The notes under the pieces were generated by a model, which worked only from the letters and a program-made list of their open reading frames with translations, had not been told where the DNA came from and ran no database searches. From the human T2T-CHM13v2.0 reference genome, Homo sapiens, in assembly GCA_009914755.4 (NCBI GenBank), contig CP086569.2:28736001-28800000 (forward strand): a stretch of 64,000 bases of DNA, read 5' to 3'. Position 1 is the stretch's first letter; the number at the start of each line of letters is the position of its first letter. This document shows, one piece after another, positions 56,189 to 64,000 of this stretch. Both the position numbers and the translations under genes were made by a program.

Positions 56189-59100
56189 TTGCATTCTATT
56201 CGAGTGATTTCCATTCGAGTCCTTTCCATTCGATTCCGTTCCATTCTATTCCATTCCTTTGGATTCCATTCCATTCCGTTCCGTTCACATCAATTCCTTG
56301 CGATTCCATTCCATTCGATTTCTTGCCATTCGATTCCATTCCTTTTGACTCCATTTCATTCGATTCCATTCCATTCCATTAATTTCCATTCCATTCGAGA
56401 CCATTCCATTGCAGTCTTTTCCCTTCGAGTCCATTCCGTTCGATTCCCTTCCATTCGATTCCATTCCATTGGAGTCCGTACCAGTCGAGTCCATTCTATT
56501 CCAGTCCATTAGTTTCGACTCCATTACATTCGAGTGCATTCCATTCCGTGGCTGTCCATTCCATTCCGTTTGATGCCATTCCATACGATTCCATTCAATT
56601 CGAGACCATTCTATTCCTGTCCATTCCTTGTGCTTCGATTCCAATTCACTCTAGTCCATTCCATTCCATTCAATTCCATTCGACTCTATTCCGTTCCATT
56701 CAATTCCATTCCATTCGATTCCATTTTTTTCGAGAACCTTCCATTACACTCCCTTCCATTCCAGTGCATTCCATTCCAGTCTCTTCAGTTCGATTCCATT
56801 CCATTCGTTTCGATTCCTTTCCATTCCAGCCCATTCCATTCCATTCCATTCCTTTCCTTTCCGTTTCATTAGATTCCATTGCATTCCATTCCATTCAATT
56901 CAATTCCGTGCTATTCAATTTGATTCATATCCATTTAATTCCATTCCATTAGATTCCATTCCGTACGATTCCATTCCTTTGGAATCCATTCCAATGGAGT
57001 CCATTCACTTCCAGAACATTCCATTCCAGTCGAATCCATTCGAGTACATTCCATTAAAGTTCATTACATTCTAATACATTCCATTCCATTGCATTCCATT
57101 CCATTCCATTCGATGCCATTCGATTCCATTCCATGCCAAATCATTGCATTCCTTTCCATTCCGTTCCTATCAATTCCATTCCATTCGATTTAGTTCGATT
57201 CTATTCACTTCCATTCCATTCGATTCCATTCCATTGGAGTCAATTCCTTTCGACACCCAGCCTTTCCAGTCAATGATTTTGGATTCCATTTTTTTGCATT
57301 CCATTACATTCTATGACATTCGATTCCGTTTCATTGCATTCCATTCCATACATTTTTATTCCATTCGAGACCGTAGCATTCCACTTTATTCCAGACCTGT
57401 CCATTACACTACATTCCCTTCCATTCCAATGAATTCCATTCCATTCCAATCCATTCCTTTCCTTTCGCTTGCATTCCATTCTATTCCCTTCTACTGCATA
57501 CAATTTCACTCCATTCGTTCCCATTCCATTCAATTCCATTCCATTCAATTCCATTCCATTTGTTTCCATTCTCTTCGATTCCATTTCTTTATATTCCATG
57601 CCATTCGATTCCATTCTATTGAATTGCATTACTTTCGTGTTCATTCCATTCCAGACCATTCCATTTGACTCCATTCTTTCGAGCCCTTTCAATTTGAGTC
57701 CATTCCTTTCCAGTCCATTTCACTCCAGTCCATTACTATCCATTCCATACCATTCCATCCCATTCCATTAAATTCCATTCCATTCCATTCCATTCCATTG
57801 CATTCCATTCCATTCCATTCCATTGCACTGCACTCCATTCCATTACATTCTACTCTATTTGAGTCGATTTTATTGCATTAGATTCTATTCCATTGGATTA
57901 CTTTCCATTCGATTACATTCCATTCATGTACATTCCATTCCAGTCAATTACATTCGAGTTCATTACATTACATTCCAGTATATTCCATTCTATTCGATCC
58001 CATTCCTTTCAATTCCATTTCATTCGACTCCATTATATTCGATTCCATTCCACTCGAATCCATTCCATTAGAGGACATTCCATTCCAATGCATTCCATTC
58101 CATTCCATAGCATTCCATTGCATTCGATTCCATTCCATTTGATGCCATTCCATTTGATGCCATTCCATGACATTCCATTCCATTCGAGTCCATTCCGTTC
58201 CAATTCATTCCATTCCGTTTCATGAAATTCGAGTCCTTTCCAGTACATTTCATTCCAATCCCATCCAATCCAATCTACTCCATTCAATTCCTTTCCATTC
58301 CATTTGATTAGATTCCATTGATTTGATTCCATTCAGTTTGATTCCATTCCGTGAAATTTCGTTCCATTCTATTCCATTGCATTACTTTCCATTCAATTCC
58401 ATTCCATTTCATTTCAGTCCATTCGCTTCCTTTCCTTTCGATTCAATTCCATTTGATTCCACTCCATTCTATGCGATTTCATTCCAATCGATTCAATTCC
58501 ATTCGATGACATTCCTTTCGTTTCCATTCCATTCGAGTCCATTCAATTTGAGCATTCGTGTCCATTCTATTCGAGTCCATTCCATTTCCGTCTATTCTAT
58601 TCCCTTCCATTCCTGTTGATTCAATTTCGTTCCCTTCCATTCGATTCCTTTCCATTCGATTCCATTCCTTTCCATTCCATTCCATTCGTTCCCATTCCAT
58701 GTGATTTCATTCCATTCCAGTCCATTATATTCGAGTCCACTCCACTCCATTCTATTACATTCAATTCCTTTTGAGTCCGTTCCATAACACTCCATTCATT
58801 TCGATTCCATTTCTTGCCAGTTTTCTTCCATTTTATTCCATTCCGTTCGATTCCATTCCATTCGATTGCATTCCATTCGAATCCTTTCCATTCCATTTCA
58901 TTCCATTCCTTTCTATTCCATTCCATTTCATTCGATTTGATTCCATTCTGTTCTATTCCATTCAATTCTTTTTCATTCCATTCGAATCCTTTCTATTGCA
59001 GTCCATTCCATTCGAGTCCATTCCAATCCCTTCCATTCCATTCCATTACAGTCCATTCCAATAGATTCCATTCCTTTGCCTTCCATTCAAATCCATTCCA

Positions 59101-59746
59101 TTCTAGTCCATTCCATTTGAGTCAATTCCATTCCATTCCATTCTATTCCTTTCCAATCCATTCGATTCCATTCGATTCAATTCCATTTGATTCTCTTTCA
59201 TTCCATTTTATTCCATGCCATTTGATTGCATTGCATTCCATTCCGTTTGATTCCAGTCCATTCAAGAAAGTTCCATTCCATTCCATTGCTTTCCAGTCCA
59301 TTCCATTCCATTCTAGTCTATTCCACTCCATTCCTTTCCATTCCATTCCATACTATTCCATTCCATTCTTTTGCATTCCGTTTCCAATCTATTCGAGTCC
59401 ATTGCATTCCAGTCCAGTCCATTCCATTACATTCCTTTTGATTCCCTGCCAGTCGATTGCATTGCATACTACACCATTCCAAACGAGTCCATTCCATTCT
59501 ATCTCAACACTTTCCATTCCACTCTGTTCGAGTCCATTCCATTCCAGTCCATTTAATTCAAGGGCATTCCATTCCATTCCATTCCATTCCATTTCATATT
59601 ATTCCATTCCATTCAATTCCATTCCAGATGATTCCATTCCATTCTATACCATTGCTCTCTGTTCCATTCCATTCCATCTGTCTCCATTCCTTTCGTTTCG
59701 ATTCCTTTCCATTCCATTCCATTACATTTGATCCTATTTTATTAAA
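56189..59746 (+). repeat. HOR unit 17, 3558 bp, subtype 1; full-length counterpart of truncated unit 3
   Basis: Anchor at 56189. It is identical to unit 3 up to ~58006, then retains the ~885 bp that unit 3 lacks. Confidence 0.85.
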
Positions 59747-62503
59747 TTGCATTCTATTCGAGTGATTTCCATTCGAGTCCTTTCCATTCGATTCCATTCC
59801 ATTCTATTCCATTCCTTTGGATTCCATTCCATTCCGTTCCGTTCACATCAATTCCTTGCGATTCCATTACATGCGATTTCTTGCCATTCGATTCCATTCC
59901 TTTTGACTCCATTTCATTCGATTCCATTCCATTCCATTAATTTCCATTCCATTCGAGACCTTTCCATTGCAGTCTTTTCCCTTCGAGTCCATTCCGTTCG
60001 ATTCCCTTCCATTGGAGTCCGTACCAGTCTAGTCCATTCTATTCCAGTCCATTAGTTTCGACTCCATTGCATTCGAGTGCATTCCATTCCGTGGCTGTCC
60101 ATTCCATTCCGTTTGATGCCATTCCATACGATTCCATTCAATTCGAGACCATTCTATTCCTGTCCATTCCTTGTGGTTCGATTCCATTTTACTCTAGTCC
60201 ATTCCATTCCATTGAATTCCATTCGACTCTATTCCGTTCCATTCAATTCCATTCCATTCGATTCCATTTTTTTCGAGAACCTTCCATTACACTCCCTTCC
60301 ATTCCAGTGCATTCCATTCCAGTCTCTTCAGTTCTATTCCATTCCATTCGTTTCGATTCCATTCCACTCCAGCCCATTCCATTCCATTCCATTCCTTTCT
60401 TTCCGTTTCATTAGATTCCATTGCATTCAATTCCATTCAATTCAATTCCGTGCTATTCAATTTGATTCCTTTCCATTTAATTCCATAGCATTAGATTCCA
60501 TTCCGTTCGATTCCATTCCATTTGATGCCATTCCATTTGATGCCATTCCGTGACATTCCATTCCATTCGAGTCCATTCCGTTCCAATTCATTCCATTCCG
60601 TTTCATGAAATTCGAGTCCTTTCCAGTACATTTCATTCCAATCCCATCCAGTCCAATCTATTCCATTCAATTCCTTTCCCTTCCATTTGATTATATTCCA
60701 TTGATTTGATTCCATTCAGTTTGATTCCATTCCGTGAAATTTCGTTCCATTCTATTCCATTGCATTACTTTCCATTCAATTCCATTCCATTTCATTTCAG
60801 TCCATTCGCTTCCTTTCCTTTCGATTCAATTCCATTTGATTCCACTCCATTCTATGCGATTTCATTCCAATCGATTCAATTCCATTCGATGACATTCCTT
60901 TCGTTTCCATTCCATTCGAGTCCATTCAATTTGAGCATTCGTGTCCATTCTATTCGAGTCCATTCCATTACCGTCTATTCTATTCCCTTCCATTCCTGTT
61001 GATTCAATTTCATTCCCTTCCATTCAATTCCTTTCCATTCGATTCCATTCCTTTCCATTCCATTCCATTCGTTCCCATTCCATGTGATTTCATTCCATTC
61101 CAGTCCATTATATTCGAGTCCACTCCACTCCATTCTATTACATTCAATTCCTCATGAGTCCGTTCCATAACACTCCATGCATTTCGATTCCATTTCTTGC
61201 CAGTTTTCTTCCATTTTATTCCATTCCGTTCGATTCCATTCCATTCGATTGCATTCCATTCGATTGCATACCATTCGAATCCTTTCCATTCCTTTCTATT
61301 CCATTCCATTTCATTCGATTTGATTCCATTGTGTTCTATTCCATTCAATTCTTTTTCATTCCATTCGAATCGTTTCTATTGCAGTCCATTCCATTCGAGT
61401 CCATTCCAATCCCTTCCATCCATTCCATTACAGTCCATTCCAATAGATTCCACTCCTTTGCCTTCCATTCGAATCCATTCCATTCTAGTCCATTCCATTT
61501 GAGTCAATTCCATTCCATTCCATTCTATTCCTTTCCAATCCATTCGATTCCATTCGATTCAATTCCATTTGATTCTCTTTCATTCTATTTTATTCCATGC
61601 CATTTGATTGCATTGCATTCCATTCCGTTTGATTCCAGTCCATTCAAGAAAGTTCCATTCCAGTCCATTGCTTTCGAGTCCATTCCATTCCACTCTAGTC
61701 TATTCCACTCCATTCCTTTCCATTCCATTCCATACTATTCCATTCCATTCCTTTGCATTCCGTTTCCAATCTATTCGAGTCCATTCCAATCCCTTCCATC
61801 CATTCCATTACAGTCCATTCCAATAGATTCCACTCCTTTGCCTTCCATTCGAATCCATTCCATTCTGGTCCATTCCATTTGAGTCAATTCCATTCCATTC
61901 CATTCTATTCCTTTCCAATCCATTCGATTCCATTCGATTCAATTCCATTTAATTCTCTTTCATTCTATTTTATTCCATGCCATTTGATTGCATTGCATTC
62001 CATTCCGTTTGATTCCAGTCCATTCAAGAAAGTTCCATTCCAGTCCATTGCTTTCGAGTCCATTCCATTCCACTGTAGTCTATTCCACTCCATTCCTTTC
62101 CATTCCATTCCATACTATTCCATTCCATTCCTTTGTATTCCGTTTCCAATCTATTCGAGTCCATTACATTCCAGTCCAATCCATTCGATTACATTCCTCT
62201 TGATTCCCTGCCAGTCGATTGCATTGCATACTAGACCATTCCAAAGGAGTCCATTCCATTCTATTTCAACACTTTCCATTCCACTCTGTTCGAGTCCATT
62301 CCATTCCAGTCCATTTAATTCAAGGGCATTCCATTCCATTCCATTCCATTTCATATTATTCTATTCCATTCAATTCCATTCCAGATGATTCCATTCCATT
62401 CTATACCATTGCTCTCTGTTCCATTCCATTCCATCTGTCTCCATTCCTTTCGTTTCGATTCCTTTCCATTCCATTCCATTACATTTGATCCTATTTTATT
62501 AAA
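59747..62503 (+). repeat. HOR unit 18, 2757 bp rearranged variant unit
   Basis: Anchor at 59747. Relative to unit 17 it has a 15-bp deletion (cgattccattccatt lost at ~60010), a jump at ~60510 over the ~1.16 kb of the canonical unit that separates the two flanks, and an internal 380-bp tandem duplication (61397-61776 / 61777-62156). Confidence 0.8.
61397..62156 (+). repeat. 380-bp intra-unit tandem duplication (two copies: 61397-61776 and 61777-62156)
   Basis: The string gagtccattccaatcccttccatccattccattacagtccattccaatagattccactcctttgccttccattcgaatccattccattct... starts at 61397 and again at 61777. The 242-aa and 211-aa artefact ORFs 61154..61882 and 61753..62388 share a long identical peptide stretch because of it. 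Confidence 0.8.
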
Positions 62504-64000
62504 TTGCATTCTATTCGAGTGATTTCCATTCGAGTCCTTTCCATTCGATTCCATTCCATTCTATTCCATTCCTTTGGATTCCATTCCATTCCGTTCCGTT
62601 CACATCAATTCCTTGCGATTCCATTACATTCGATTTCTTGCCATTCGATTCCATTCCTTTTGACTCCATTTCATTCGATTCCATTCCATTCCATTAATTT
62701 CCATTCCATTCGAGACCTTTCCATTGCAGTCTTTTCCCTTCGAGTCCATTCCGTTCGATTCCCTTCCATTGGAGTCCGTACCAGTCGAGTCCATTCTATT
62801 CCAGTCCATTAGTTTCGACTCCATTGCATTCGAGTGCATTCCATTCCGTGGCTGTCCATTCCATTCCGTTTGATGCCATTCCATACGATTCCATTCAATT
62901 CGAGACCATTCTATTCCTGTCCATTCCTTGTGGTTCGATTCCATTTTACTCTAGTCCATTCCATTCCATTGAATTCCATTCGACTCTATTCCGTTCCATT
63001 CAATTCCATTCCATTCGATTCCATTTTTTTCGAGAACCTTCCATTACACTCCCTTCCATTCCAGTGCATTCCATTCCAGTCTCTTCAGTTCTATTCCATT
63101 CCATTCGTTTCGATTCCATTCCTCTCCAGCCCATTCCATTCCATTCCATTCCTTTCTTTCCGTTTCATTAGATTCCATTGCATTCAATTCCATTCAATTC
63201 AATTCCGTGCTATTCAATTTGATTCCTTTCCATTTAATTCCATAGCATTAGATTCCATTCCGTTCGATTCCATTCCATTTGATGCCATTCCATTTGATGT
63301 CATTCCGTGACATTCCATTCCATTCGAGTCCATTCCGTTCCAATTCATTCCATTCCGTTTCATGAAATTCGAGTCCTTTCCAGTACATTTCATTCCAATC
63401 CCAACCAGTCCAATCTATTCCATTCAATTCCTTTCCCTTCCATTTGATTATATTCCATTGATTTGATTCCATTCAGTTTGATTCCATTCCGTGAAATTTC
63501 GTTCCATTCTATTCCATTGCATTACTTTCCATTCAATTCCATTCCATTTCATTTCTGTCCATTCGCTTCCTTTCCTTTCGATTCAATTCCATTTGATTCC
63601 ACTCCATTCTATGCGATTTCATTGCAATCAATTCAATTCCATTCGATGACATTCCTTTCGTTTCCATTCCATTCGAGTCCATTCAATTTGAGCATTCGTG
63701 TCCATTCTATTCGAGTCCATTCCATTACCGTCTATTCTATTCCCTTCCATTCCTGTTGATTCAATTTCATTCCCTTCCATTCAATTCCTTTCCATTCGAT
63801 TCCATTCCTTTCCATTCCATTCCATTCGTTCCCATTCCATGTGATTTCATTCCATTCCAGTGCATTATATTTGAGTCCACTCCACTCCATTCTATTACAT
63901 TCAATTCCTCATGAGTCCGTTCCATAACACTCCCTGCATTTCGATTCCATTTCTTGCCAGTTTTCTTCCATTTTATTGCATTCCGTTCGATTCCATTCCA
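62504..64000 (+). repeat. HOR unit 19 (partial, cut by window end), second copy of the 2757-bp variant unit
   Basis: Anchor at 62504. It shows the same 15-bp deletion (cccttccattggagtcc at ~62765) and the same ~1.16 kb deletion junction (~63265). ORFs 62834..63310 and 63248..63472 mirror 60077..60553 and 60491..60715. Confidence 0.8.

Larger units (their letters stand above)
1..64000 (+). repeat. Uninterrupted pentamer satellite array, (CATTC)n/(TTCCA)n on + strand = (GGAAT)n on - strand; human satellite III (HSat3) type, probable DYZ1 (Yq12) array
   Basis: Seen in sequence: the 5-bp unit ttcca/cattc and its 1-2 nt variants (cattcg, cattca, ccgtt, cagtc) dominate every line. The + strand is almost devoid of G. 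The same orientation is kept across all 64 kb with no inversions. A ~3.56 kb periodicity is superimposed on the pentamers. Established knowledge: (GGAAT)n is the HSat3 consensus, and DYZ1 is a 3.56 kb HaeIII repeat built from TTCCA pentamers. Confidence 0.95.

Noticed and set aside
1-64000. Dense - strand ORFs translating to MEWNGMEWN / MESNGMESN peptides
   Set aside because: These are the reverse-complement (GGAAT)n reading frames: GGAATGGAATGG gives G-M-E-W-N. They overlap the + strand artefact ORFs everywhere, which no real gene system could do across a whole 64 kb window.
1-64000. Possibility of a CRISPR array or other prokaryotic regularly spaced repeat system
   Set aside because: The periodicities are 5 bp and ~3.56 kb with no unique spacers. 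The sequence is eukaryotic satellite (HSat3), not repeat-spacer architecture. There are no cas-like ORFs.
1-64000. Transposable-element insertions (Alu, L1, SVA) or a DYZ2/HSat1 (AT-rich ~2.4 kb unit) junction interrupting the array
   Set aside because: A line-by-line scan found no GC-rich Alu-like segments, no poly-A tails, no non-pentamer-derived stretch longer than a few tens of bp, and no target-site duplications. Every locally unusual string (e.g. cacccagcctttccagtcaatgattttgg, caagaaagttcc) recurs at the same phase in every unit, so it is part of the HOR and not an insertion.
1-64000. Alpha-satellite / centromeric identity (171-bp monomers, CENP-B box)
   Set aside because: There is no 171-bp periodicity and no CENP-B box motif. 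The basic unit is 5 bp, which is pericentromeric or heterochromatic HSat3 rather than centromeric alpha satellite.
1-64000. A novel, previously undescribed biological system hidden in the window
   Set aside because: After reading the full window on both strands, I found nothing outside the satellite HOR framework. The genuinely notable signals are array-evolution events (duplications, a recombination junction, a variant sub-HOR). None of them is a coding or regulatory system.

Overview
The whole 64 kb window is one uninterrupted, single-orientation tandem array of pentamer satellite DNA. The + strand is (CATTC)n / (TTCCA)n and the - strand is (GGAAT)n, which is human satellite III (HSat3)-type sequence. 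No protein-coding gene, RNA gene, transposon insertion, CRISPR array or promoter could be supported. Every ORF in the six-frame track is a translation artefact of the pentamer repeat: HSIPF-type peptides on the + strand and MEWNG-type peptides on the - strand.

The pentamers are organised into a higher-order repeat (HOR) of about 3.56 kb. I phased 19 consecutive units plus a partial one on the motif TTGCATTCTATTCGAGTGATTTCC. Most unit lengths fall between 3,519 and 3,583 bp, and two units are exactly 3,564 bp. A single GGCC (HaeIII) site recurs once per unit in a subset of units. A 3.56 kb HaeIII periodicity built from TTCCA pentamers matches the classical male-specific DYZ1 repeat of the Y-chromosome long-arm heterochromatin (Yq12), which is my best assignment (confidence about 0.7 without a database search).

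The interesting content is structural rather than genic:
- A near-identical block of about 9 kb occurs twice, exactly 48,956 bp apart (1-~9050 and 48957-~58006).
- A two-unit super-periodicity of about 7.14 kb alternates two unit subtypes that differ at the HaeIII site (AGACC versus AGGCC).
- Adjacent units 8 and 9 are a very recent duplicate pair (3,573 bp offset), and private variants are shared mosaically among non-adjacent units.
- Unit 3 is shortened by about 885 bp, with a recombination junction at about 9050 that joins two HOR subfamilies.
- The 3' end of the window switches to a distinct 2,757 bp variant unit, defined by a 15 bp deletion, an ~1.16 kb deletion and an internal 380 bp tandem duplication; this variant is itself tandemly repeated.

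I found no evidence of a novel coding or defence system. The window is heterochromatic satellite whose value lies in array-evolution signatures.
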